From contig JAGIQG010000016.1 in NCBI GenBank assembly GCA_024679065.1, positions 12,462,001 through 12,526,000 of the forward strand: 64,000 nucleotides of DNA, in the 5' to 3' direction. Made by a program: the position numbers and the translations under genes. The stretch is from Sphyrna mokarran. Lineage: Eukaryota. Each line of letters begins with the position of its first letter. Within the stretch, counting starts at the first letter, position 1. The notes below the pieces were generated by a model. That model was not told where the DNA came from and ran no database searches. It was given only the letters and a program-made list of their open reading frames with translations. This document shows positions 40,555 through 52,327 of this stretch, one piece after another.

Positions 40555-40824
40555 TGGTTTGGGTTGCTGTAACTGTGAGGTTTGCACATTCTTCTCGTGC
40601 CTACATGGATTCCCTCCGGGGGCTCCGGTGTCCTCCCACCATAGTTGTGCGGGTTAGGTTAATTGTCCATGCTAAAATTATCCTATAGTATTTTGAAATC
40701 AGTAGGTTAGAGGATTTAGTGGGTAAGTATGTCGGGGTAAACGGGTAGAGCCTTTGTGAGATTGTGGACGGTGCAGACTTGATGGGCCAAATGACTTCTT
40801 TCTGCACTGTAGAGTATTGATGAT
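40555..40824 (+). mobile_element. V-SINE (HE1-like) lacking its head, with a CR1-type tail
   Basis: GTTTGCACATTCT..CCTCCGGGGGCTCCGGTGTCCTCCCAC core. Tail GGTGCAGACTTGATGGGCCAAATGACTTCTTTCTGCACTGTAG. Confidence 0.85.
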
Positions 40825-40825
40825 A

Positions 40826-40862
40826 TTATCTATCTATCTATCTATTCACCTACCTATCTATT
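40826..40862. repeat. (TATC)n microsatellite at the SINE tail
   Basis: TATCTATCTATCTATCTA..CTACCTATCTA. Confidence 0.8.
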
Positions 40863-41534
40863 TATAAGCCAATGTTAAAAAAAGTCCACAGCAATCAACT
40901 TTACAAAATTCGTAAAACATATGAAAAGATCGGTGATTCCACTCCAGATTTATAACAAATTCTATCTGGCAAAACCAGCGTATCAGTGCTGTATGAATGC
41001 ACTAGTCGCTGCCACAAGTCTTAAGATAGGTTAACTAATTCTAATGAGCTGGGATGCTACATACAGCTTTGCAGGATGCTTCAGAGCTACGATCGAACCT
41101 ATCATTCCTTGACTCAGTAACATGAGCTTGGACTTCCGTTGATCTTTATGAATGCCATTCAGATGTCATTAATACGTCTGTGATTTTAAGACAACTCACA
41201 AACTCCGTGCTTTCTCGAGCAACTGTGGTGGCCTGGTTATTAGTACTTCATTTACTCTCCTGATAAACAAAACACTGGTGGAAATCTGGGAAATCTTCAG
41301 ATTGCAAAGGTCAGGAATATTCTGCCTCGTCTGTCATGAATAAAAAAAGAAAGGTTGCATGTCCTGATCATCGGATGTTCTAGATTAATCCGTAAATGAC
41401 ACCATATCAGTGCTTGTTTTCCATTTCTTGAAACTTTTGTGGAACTTACCACCGTGATTACAGATTTTTCGAGGAACCGAATACGGTGCTGGGGAATAAT
41501 TCTATAAAACTCCTTCCAAATTGTAAGCTGCATG

Positions 41535-41770
41535 AGTCATTGACTGGGTGGACTTTGCATATTCTGCGTGTATGCATGGTTTCCTTCCGGATGCTCCATG
41601 TCCCTCCCATAGTTCAAAAGATGTCCTGGTTAATTGCATTAACCATGCTGAATTTTCTCTCAATGTATCGAGGGAGACGCCGGAGTATGACGACTAGGAG
41701 ATTTTCGCAATCATTTCATTTTAGTGTGAATGGAAGCCTACTTGTGACGAATGCACAGATAAACTTCAAC
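41535..41770 (+). mobile_element. V-SINE fragment with the GCCTACTTGTGAC tail type
   Basis: TTTGCATATTCT..GGTTTCCTTCCGGATGCTCC..CTCCCATAGTTCAAAAGATGT core. Same tail type as the 33548 and 35293 copies. Confidence 0.8.
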
Positions 41771-44700
41771 ACTCTAAATCCAACAATTAAACAAACGTCT
41801 TAATTCCTTCTGACAAATTGTGCAGGCCTCGGAAAAAGATGTCAAAATCGATGAAAATTTTGATGCTCATGCACTTTTCCTCCAATGAGAAATCTGAAGA
41901 TTTAAAACGGGAAATTTCCTCTCGTATTAGAGAAAACTCCTCCTAAAGAGGGGGGATTAAAACGTACAAAGAAAAGTCCCGTGGGGGAATATAGATACAA
42001 CTGCTCAGGGGACCTATTAACATATTCTCATTCCTACTCCTGGATTGATGGCCGTCCAAATCTGACCGACCTTTCGAATGTGACAGCCGTCGTCCAATTC
42101 TGACATAACACCCATTCCAGATCCAAAATACTGATTGCTGCACCCACTTTCAGGTTCTGAACATTACACTTGTTCAAAGAAAAACCCTCTCCTTGAGCGG
42201 TTTCCTGCCGCTTAAGGTTCTCTATATATCGCTTGGGCTCTCTTAGCCATACACGCCTTCACACAAAGCCTCTCTCTGGCTCTCTCCTCCCAGTAAATTA
42301 TTTACATTGAAACGTGTGTGCTCGCTTTTCTCTTTAAAGATTATGTTTATGCAAGCTGCTGGCAGAAAATTATTTTGCCTCTCACTGTCCCAAATTACAC
42401 CTCCACTGCAGCACCGCATCTACCTCACCAAGTGCGATTGAGGACGGATGGAGGTGACAGGATACTTGGAGCACTTGCGTAGATAAATTTATCGAGGGCG
42501 GAAATCTGACGGAGATTGCTATTTATGGACGTTACGAACAACAGTTTTTTTTTCCAGGTTTTCCAATGACAATGGAACTGCCCTTCCACTTACTGCTGCT
42601 TAATTTTCACTTACTCTTGTCCTCTGTCTTATTACATTTTTCATTTGTTGGCTCCACACTTCAGTAGTATACCAATTTTACACAAATAACATAGTTACCT
42701 CGGAATGAATAACATTATTTTCTGTTCCTTTATTTCTACATGTATTATTTTCTTTGTGCTGGTTGACCAGGGTCCTCTTGTTGCATTTGGGAACGAGAAC
42801 GCATGGCCTTAGTTCATGAGAAATTTGCACAACTCTGCTGCAAACTCGCTGCACTTTCGATGCATCAGCGCTTGCAAAAAAAAGGGTCGGCTGATCGCGT
42901 GATTACGTCCGAGAGTTAATGACTGAAAATCATGTCACAATAACACCTCTTTCCATACTTTCGTTAAACGAAAACAAAACAAATAATTGCAGAAATAAAA
43001 TACCTCGCTCTTTTGAATCGAGCTTCTTTTCTGTCCGGGAACAAAGGCATCGGAATTGAGTATAACATTTTGTTGTTCAATGTTTAAAAAAAACATGCAG
43101 AATAGACACATTTATGTATATAATTGTACGTTCTTCCTGATACTTGATGATAAAAATAATATTACTGATTGAATTAAGTTTTATTGGAAGAATATAATAT
43201 TTATGTTTTCACCATGTCTGCAGTTCAAGGGAATTAAAAAATAAACATGCCGGAATGAATGTGATGAATAGCATTATCTGAAAATTACCATTTGACAAGC
43301 TTAACAGATTGTTTTTTTTTTCTGTATGTATTGAATTTGCATGCTATCTCTAACTTTCCTTTAGCAAGTATACCGAATGGATTTGTCTATATCACATAAA
43401 GTCAAATTATTTCACTCGAATCAACAAATTATCGTGCGAAAAACGTTGATAAGACCGATGTAAGAAATATGACCCCTGTCCACCCCAAAACCTTTGAAAG
43501 CAACTAATGTGGACTCACTCCAGACGTTTCCATGTGTTTCTGAATGCTTTCTTTCAAGTGATTATGCTTTTCCCATTTTAAACTCATACCGTCTCTGGGT
43601 GGAGCAAAGACTTTACAAATCTTGATAATCTGTACATCTTCTCTTACAAGTATATCGAGAGTTCTTGTTTTTGTTATGAGCTCTCTAATGCCTCTGCATT
43701 TTACTGAAATATGATGTCGCTTTCTGTAATTAAAAATTCTCAAATATTGCATGGATTTCAGGGAACAAGAAACAGAGTAAATGGATAACGACAGACGAAC
43801 TACGCCGTTATCACAAAATGCATCTCGAAAAAAAAGACATGAAACATAGAATATTCAATGGGGACAAGTATGGTTTTGTGAAAATGATATATAACGTGAC
43901 AGAGCTTCAGAGTGTCTCGAAGATTTGACAATTCGTATAAACAAATTCGAGCCAGTCAGTATCGTGTACATATATTGAAAAAAAATGTTTCCAGTAAGAT
44001 GCCGGAAGAAAACGTTAATGGAGACGTTAGTAGTTCATGAAGCAGGATGATTAGTACTTCCGAATGAATAGATGATTTACGAATGCAAGTTTGTCCTATA
44101 TTCACTCCGTATATCAGTTGCAACAAACGATTCACAACATTAGACTCATCTTTTGAAATGACTTACTTTAGGGAGACTAATATTGCAACCCTGTGCATCC
44201 ATTTTTACATTGGCTAACCAAGTCTTGGCTGTTCTAAGTTCATCGGTAGCTAATGCATGGAAGAACGATATAGTAAATGGACAAGGAACAAGACATATCA
44301 TGTCAGGTATATTTTATCCTGGCAGTCAAGACGTCAAGGAAAATTGTGTTCAGACTGCATGGTTGTGGATGTCGTGTTGTTAATGCATAGATTATTCAAT
44401 TGCATAGGAGGAAGAAAAACACAGAACTTACTGATGACAAAGTTCCATAATGAGTAGTGGCAGTGATGATGTGAACATCCGTGTTCTTTGCTCGTGAACT
44501 AAGTGTCAATTTCTTAAATTGGTGTTTTTTTGCTAAACTTGCGACCGTCAGTGAGGCTGGAAGTGAGAAGGGGAAAAGGTGGTTGGTGTGGCTGTATGAG
44601 CGAATGTATTTCTGGTGCTAGAAAACTGTGTGACGTTTTGCATTGTATTGAGTATGTGATAGCCGCGTTGCAGTGAGTCTGTGTAAATGTGTATATTTGG

Positions 44701-45047
44701 CAGTGTATACAGTGTTATTTTGTTTGGGCGGTTGTTGTGAACCGTTGAGTGACTTTAAACCTCCTGAGATAGATTGACTGTGTATCACAAAGGGAGAGCT
44801 TGAGTAATTTCGAAATGAGAATGGGTGAGGTTTTGCGACGTGAAAGGAGTTGAGTAAATCTCGTCGTGAAAATTGGGTGGCTATGGCTCTTTTTGGGGAT
44901 TTTTTTTGCAGTCAGCGAAAGTCATTCTTTCAGTGTGAGTCATCGAGAGATTTTTGGCGTTGTTGGTGGATAAGTGTATTTATGGCAGTGAGAGTAAACG
45001 ACTGTGCGGAAGTGCGAATGAGAACGTGCGTTTAAAGTGACAAAATG

Positions 45048-45629
45048 TTAAATGACCATATGCGGCAACGTAAGCGAGTGACGGGTACAGAAAACTGATT
45101 TAAAATAGGGATCATGAGCCTTGGGAGTCCCTGGGAAGTGTGTAAATAGATGACGATATTGATGTATTTGTTTTTATCCTACAGGTACTTTGGTCCACCT
45201 TGTTGTCTAACGAGGGGCAAACACGCGATGGGTCGTGAGAGGACTGCTCTTGGATCTTTTTCGAGAGTGTCCTACTGCTTCACGTTGTTAGTGTATGCTT
45301 GACCTGGACCATCTGATAGGCAACACAAGAGCTCAGTGACTATCGCTGTGCATGGATTTGGGCCTGTGTCTGTGGTAGTTTGCGCATATTCCCCGTGCTT
45401 GCGTGGGTTTTCTCCGGGAGCTCCGGTTTCCTCCCACATCACAAAGATGTGCTTTTAGGCTAATTCGCAAAACAAATTCTCCCTAAATTGTCTCAAATTT
45501 GGTTTTTAATCGATAGATCTATAAACATGGACACGGATCGCGGGTAGAGATGGGAACATCGGGGTGGCGGCGCGGGCTCGTTGGGCCGAAGGGCCTGTTT
45601 CCCGTGCTGTTTTGTTCTTTGTTCTTTGT
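45048..45629 (+). mobile_element. CR1 3' fragment: last ORF2 codons plus long 3' UTR with a V-SINE core and (GTTCTTT)n tail
   Basis: Colinear with the reverse complement of 5161-5870. V core GGGTTTTCTCCGGGAGCTCCGGTTTCCTCCCACATC at ~45405. Tail GGGCCGAAGGGCCTGTTTCCCGTGCTGT. Confidence 0.85.
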
Positions 45630-45897
45630 ATGGATCTATGAAAATGCGACTGTTAGAATTGCGGGAAACGAATATCCATGAGAGAGGTCATTTTGCAATG
45701 ACAGAAAATGTATTTAACCTTGAAATTGAACATGTGACATTGAAAGAGATTGCTTGAGAATGACACAAATATATAATGAATCATGCATCCGGCGGTATTC
45801 GTGACTGTGGTGCAGGTTGTTCGAGCGATTGAGTAAAGGCGAGCACGGTGATAAAAGCGACTCATTGTGTGCGCTTCTGAAAATGTGTGTTGTGAAC

Positions 45898-45972
<75 letters not shown>
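45898..45972. repeat. (TG)n microsatellite
   Basis: Near-perfect TG run of about 37 units. Confidence 0.97.
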
Positions 45973-45976
<4 letters not shown>

Positions 45977-46129
45977 TTGATGGTAAGAGTGATTGGTTGT
46001 GTGTTTGGCACTGAAATTTGCATGCAACAATGTGAAATAGTTAATGCATCTATTTCAGTAAGAATGAAACACTGTGAAGAATAGGGAAAACATGCACGAG
46101 TGCAGTGACAGTCAGGAATTGTGTCTGTC

Positions 46130-46220
46130 AATGTATGTGTGTGTGTGTATGTGTGTGTGTTTGTATGTATGTGTGTGCCTGTGTGTGTGTGTGTGTGTGT
46201 GTGTGCTTTGTGTGTGCATG
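46130..46220. repeat. Imperfect (TG)n microsatellite
   Basis: TG run interrupted by TA/TT/CC. Confidence 0.92.
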
Positions 46221-46438
46221 TGGTACTGAGTCACTAATGCATTAGCACATCTGAAAGTTAGTCTATTTGGTGGTCGTACTGAAAGTGTTTGTATGTGACA
46301 GTGAAGATAAGAAATATATGCGACAGTAAACAATACTGATTGTAGCCATGTTCATATGCGGGTGGAGCGTCAGGAAGGAACAATTGATTTTTGCAGTGAA
46401 ATGTCGTGCATATGTTTAGGTTCTGCTGATGAGCGATT

Positions 46439-46492
46439 GAGTGAGTAAGTAAGAGAGTGAGAGTGAGTGAGTGAGTGAATGAATGAGTGAGT
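46439..46492. repeat. (GAGT)n degenerate tetranucleotide repeat
   Basis: GAGTGAGTAAGTAAGAGAGTGAGAGTGAGTGAGTGAGTGAATGAATGAGTGAGT. Confidence 0.85.
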
Positions 46493-48531
46493 GGCTTATT
46501 GTGTCACGAATTCAATGAGTGGAATACTAAAAGAAAAACAAACGTTGGTTTTGCAGTGGAGCTTAATGAGTTTGTGTGTGACAGTGGCAAAAAGTCAGTT
46601 AGTAATTCAATATGCATTTAGATTGAATGAGTGCAGCAATGAGAGTGTGAATGTGTCTGTGCTTGCATGTGCCTTTATTTTGGATTGTATTCAATGAGTT
46701 GCGAAACAGCGGGAATACGTTCATAAGTGGCACCGCGACTCGACATCTCACACTCAGCGAGAATGATTGTGTTCGGCAGTGAAAGTAGGTTTTTGCGGTT
46801 ATAAGAGCGATTAATTGGCCTGCCAGTGAGAGGCAATGTATGGGGCGGGGTGTTATATGAGTGCCCATTTGCCAATCAGTGAATATATGTGTCGGGCTGG
46901 AAGTTCTGTAAGTGTACGCGCATATGTATACTTTCGCACGCGTGTAGTAATTGTGTTTGCTGGCCTTTGAGTGAAAATTGGTGTTTTTTTGGTCTTGCAT
47001 GCGCCTGAAGCTTAATGTAGCAATGAGAAATCATGGATGTGTGTGCCAACGAAAACAAGTGAATGCTTATATCTGAAAGTGGGAGTCAGTGAGAGTGCAG
47101 GGTCATCAGAAGATAAGCAAGTCTCTGCGACAATCAGACAGGCAACTGCCTTTGAGTCGTAATTAATTTGTGTTGCACTGAGAGTATGTGCTTGTGATAG
47201 GAGTCACTCATAAGTAACTCTGTATGATATGAAAAATGCGTGTGTGCCAGTCAGTAACACTCTTATGTGGCTTGGAAGCGGGCCTTTCTGTTCGGCAGTC
47301 AGAGCGAAAATTTGTGTTGACATTGACTATTTTGTTGATTAAAAGCGTGCGCGTATTTCCTAGCGAAGGACTGAGAAGAAAAGAATGAGAGCTCATTGCC
47401 CTTAGTGTTCGGCCTCTCGCACCCGCAGCTGTACGCAGGATAAAAAAAAAATGATTAATGGTGAATGAGTGAACACCTAAGACTCTTAAGTGTTCACTCT
47501 TTGGCTCTTAGCCAAAGACGGACGTTTATAAAACTCTCACCTGGCCATTTGAATTACATGTTTGAATTCAATTATCACATATTGCTATGAACATTTACTT
47601 CATTTCATATTCAGCAAAGAGTAATCATAATTACGTACTTATCGAAGTCAAATTACTTTTGCACCAAAAACATATTTCTAGTACGGGTTCATTTGCTCCA
47701 AAGGTTTAGGAAACTCCAACGTTCTTCACTCTCCTTCCCACATCCACCCTAATCCTTCCCATGTCTGATCACCTTGGAAGGGAACAGAGTGACTTAACAC
47801 CGAGCGGTGATATGCTGAGCAAATTACTACTATTGATAATTATGCTATTAAGCGTGTATGTGCGGATGAAGTTTACTTTCTGATATGACAATTATCAGTG
47901 TTTTTAAGACCAAATTATTCGTCTTGGCGACGCTGCCGTTTTACTCAATCTGGATTCATTTTGCAGAAAGTGTTGATGTCAACAAACAGATAGAATTATG
48001 TCTACAATGGCAAGAAAAGTTTTTTTTTTCTCTCACCTAACTCTTGGACCATAGTTTTGCAGTGTTCCAGCGCTGCATGATATCAAAAGGAGAAATTGAA
48101 GGTCTCACAAAGGACAGTGCAGAAATTCGGCTCCTCACTGGACCACTCTCACCACATATGAAATTAAACGTTGAATTAGCAATAGAAAAATCATGTCACA
48201 TTTCAGGGCACTACTACAAAGACAATCGCTATTTCATCGACATTTTGAGGACAATTAGGATCTCACGATAACATGCACATGTATAATTTAGCGAATTTAG
48301 CAATCAAACTGAATGCATTAATTGCATTGAGGGAGGAAATCTATGTTCATATTTGAGGCAGCATCAAATGCGTTCGGTGATGGTACGGAGCTAATTATCC
48401 CAATGACAACAACGAAGTGTCAATTAATTGAATTTGTTTACGCTTATTAATGTGTCTAAAGTTTGTGGTTTTAAAATAGAGATAGAATATTAAGGAATTG
48501 AAAGAATAACCACATCTCCAAGAAAACATAT

Positions 48532-48565
<34 letters not shown>

Positions 48566-48566
48566 G
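48532..48566. repeat. Compound (CT)n(CA)n microsatellite
   Basis: TCTCTCTCTCTCTCTCACACACACACACACACGC. Confidence 0.9.
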
Positions 48567-50896
48567 CAATTAATTGTATACATAGATATGAGCACTCTTC
48601 TGAGTAGATGGGAATTGTGTAGCGCAAAGTAGTTCATGGATTACGTAATTGAGTCCGCTTTTTCGCGAGTATTCCATAGAAAATAGAGGTGTAATGGGGG
48701 GAAATACCCAGACTAAATTCATTTGAATAACCGAGCGTAATTATTCAGAACATTTTGGAAATGTAAACATTTGAGATTTTTGAATGGAAATCAGTAACCT
48801 TGAATAGACTTCTGCATTGTGAAGTATATTCCCAGACCAGTTACGTATATTGGCCCATATTACTGTTTTTTTTTGACAAAAGAATGTCAAGCTATTTAAG
48901 AAATGCGGAACAAATGTGAAAAATAAATCATAATTTCATCAACGTACCTTGTTCTGCTACTTTGGTATTTTCATCTATGATGGAAAAATGCAGACACATT
49001 GTCTCCTGATGTTACACAAATAATGTTAAGCGTAAAAAAAACTGATATATTTTCATTTCTCACAAATGGAGGGATTCATTTTATTTCCGCCCGTCTGTCG
49101 AATTTCAAAATTAGACGGAAAACATTTTGTTACTGAGGCAAAATAATTCTTTTTGCAGTTTTGAAGGAGGCAATTTGGCTCATGAAATTTGCAACTTGTC
49201 CCGTTCCTGTACAACATCGTTGTGATAGTGTGCATTTTTTGTTTGCTCAGCCTTTTTTTTCATATATTGATGGAATCTCCCATCAGTAGACTATTGGTAA
49301 TTGTGTTTCAGATTAACAAATCATTCCATTTATTTTGATATTTACTTTGAATCTGCATCACTGAAACAGTAATACAATTTTGAGGGGGAACTGTTTGACT
49401 ATTTGCAATTCCCTTCCCTCTCCAGACGCGATGACCTACGTCAAGGTTCCACATAGCCGACTCTTCCCCTCCAACGTTTACAGAAAGACAAATATTGCAC
49501 CTATCCTCAAAGTGACTTTTTTTTTTCTTCCCTGGAATCATTTTCATGATTCTCATTGCTGTTGCTATCGTGTTTCGAGAGATATCTGTAATGTGCGTGG
49601 AAAGCCGGCAACAAGTTATTATACAGTAAGTTTATTTGAAATCGCAGACTATCTGATGGTTTTTCCTTCGTCAGGTGTTGGAGCAGCGCCCCTAAAGCTA
49701 GTTGATTAGATAAATATTAGAACGGTAAACTGTTCTTATGCGAGCTGTCATCTTGTCGACCTCAGTACAACACTAACTTCTTCACATAAAGGCAATCTGA
49801 GTGGCTGACAGTTCTGAAATTCAAAACTTCCTCCCGCTAAGTTTCGGAAGAGTTGCTTCATGCCAGTGCAAATAGAGTTGTGGCGGGGAGGGGGGTAGGT
49901 ATGGGGAATAAGCTATCACTCATCTTGTGGGCATAATGAATTTCATGTTGTTGATGGCATGCATATTTGTTAAATACGTACTCACAAACAAGAATCTGAT
50001 TCAAGGAGGAAGGCGATTTGCCATCTTATGAGCATAACTTGTTGCCCAAGTATTAGTTTAACATGAGGTTTTGAATTCACAATGTATTTTAACTGATCAC
50101 CATTCACAAAATTATCTGGTTCATTCTTACTTCCTGAAACATTGTTTCCTTCCCTGTCTGGCCGACAGTTTTTGAAATAAATATCAAGGATACTTTTGAA
50201 CTGTTGACAGGGTAATGACTGTGAAGACATAAAAGGAAAGATTTTTAATCGCTACCTGCGATTGAATCTCAAAATACTCCTGGAGAATATTTTGAGATTC
50301 ACTCAACCTGACAATTTAACTTCACTAGCAGTTTAATAAACAGTTTAATTAATAATTTGTTCCACTTCACTTATTTGCAAAACATGACCTGAAATACATG
50401 ATTTTTAGATTCAACACGCACTTTCGAGGTTCAATCGACACTTCATTTACCGGCAGAGCTTTCATGAATTATTCAACAAGGTAAAACCATTTGGGGGGGA
50501 AAAAAAAAACATTATTCCGTCTTACGATCATAGCTTTGGTGACACTTTAGTCTTGGTACACAATAATGGATATTAATGCACATATCGGCTATAATGAGGA
50601 GAAAGAGAAAAATACTACAGTGCAGGGAAAAACGCACAAGGCGGTTGATATATTTCGATGTGGCTGGAATGCTTACAAGACAATTGAAACATCCTATTTA
50701 ATTAACGTAATTAAACATCTTACGCAGTTTTTTTTTTATTATTAAGCACAAATGAAATGATCGAGGTTAGTTGACCAAAATGTACATTTGTAGGATGTAA
50801 TTTCAGTTAAATATTGAGATCGGATTGTGGCAATTGCTATTTTTTTTTCTTTTTATTATGTATTAATTTAATGTAATCTAAATAGAGGTTATAATT

Positions 50897-51262
50897 GAGA
50901 GCTGATGCCCTAATGGTATTAACGGCGGAATACTAATCTAGGAACTCAGCTAATATTCTATGGTTTCGTGTTCAATCGTGACATGGCATATGGTTGAATT
51001 TGAATTCAGTTAAATGCAATCTCGAATCTACAATCTTCTGATGACCATGACGCCATTGTCAATTGACGGGAGAAGAAAGCATCAGATTCCTTCATGTCCT
51101 TTAGAGAGGAAATCTGCCAACCTTATCTGGATTGGCTTATTTTAGGCTCTCGAGTCACAGCAATATGGTTAACTCTTAGTTGCATTCCAAAAGTAATAAG
51201 GGACGGGCAATGAACTCTGGCCAGACAAGAACGCATGAAACCTATGAAAGAGTAAAGCAAAA
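50897..51262 (+). mobile_element. tRNA-derived SINE (not V-type) whose tail matches the LINE at 28464-29842
   Basis: Head TAATGGTATT..GTTCAATC. Body ATGTCCTTTAGAGAGGAAATCTGCC..CACAGCAATATGGTTAACTCTT. Tail AGGGACGGGCAATGAACTCTGGCC. Confidence 0.8.
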
Positions 51263-51949
51263 CAAGGCCCATGCATTTCTATTTTATTTTACAATCTGAA
51301 TAGAGTGAAATTCTTCATTAAGAATCATGCATCGATAGACTTCAATAAATTCGTTTTGAAATCTCTCCACGCCTTTACGAATTACGAGAAGGAAATGATG
51401 TTTCAAAATGCAACATTAAATCCATCATAACAGATGAATCATTTCTGATTAATGCTGTCAGTTGAGTGTTGTTGTCAAACCAACAGCCGATTTAACTAGT
51501 GAAAAACCAACGAAAAAGAAATACGGACCAGGTCAGGGAAGTGCCACTATGACAATGACAACCGCTCCCCGCCCCCCCATACTCTCACTATCAAATTAAA
51601 AAAGAAAACATGCTTGCATGTTGTTGTCAACAGTCACACATCGTTGCAAAATAGGAGAAGCCAATGCTAAGCAGGTGTCAGCCAAATGCATGAAATTGAA
51701 TTTAATACTGCCTAGAGATGAAATATAATAAAATAAAACTGATAGCATGTTATTAAAAATAAGTTAAATCCGAGAAAGCCAATCTTTCTTAAATCAGACG
51801 CCAGTATACAGCTGTGCAGAGGGAGGTTTGAATTACAGTTATGAAGGAAGGAACTCTGAATCGTTCACCTGATTTTTGAATTGTGAATATATCGGCTTTG
51901 AAGTCACCATGTGGCAGGTAGCTTAACAGGTTTTCAATTACAGAAATTT

Positions 51950-52327
51950 AGAAGGTTCAAAGCAGAACCATATTGAAACATATAAGATGATTAGAGGTTT
52001 AGATAGGGTGGACAGTGATAGTCTTTTTCCTAGGATGGAGAAAGCTAGCACGAGGGGACATAACTTTAAATTAAGGGGTGGTAGTTATAGGACGGATATC
52101 AGAGGTAGGTTCTTTACCCAGAGGGCGGTTAGGGTATGGAATGCCCTGCCTGCGGCGGTTGTAGATACGCCAAGTTTGGTGGCGTTTAAGAGGTTAGTAG
52201 ATAAGTTTATGGACGAAAAGGGAATGGTTTAGGTTGGAGGGTCATTGCTTTCTCCTAATTGGTCGGCGCAACACCGAGGGCCGAAGGGCCTGTTCTGCGC
52301 TGTAATCTTCTATGTTCTATGTCCTAT
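51950..52327 (+). mobile_element. Young CR1 3' fragment
   Basis: Open ORF2 C-terminus (51987-52232, TRGHNFKLRG..FFTQRAVRVWNALP) and GGCCGAAGGGCCTGTTCTGCGCTGTA..(TTCTATG)n tail. Confidence 0.94.

Noticed and set aside
45190-45360. Possible HDV-like ribozyme in the novel CR1 3' UTR (TTCACGT and GGCAAC words present in both copies)
   Set aside because: I could not build P1/P3/P2 pairings consistent in both copies. It would need a motif-descriptor or covariance search.
45653-46333. ORFs with HTHTHT/CVCVCV tracts
   Set aside because: These are translations of (TG)n microsatellites.
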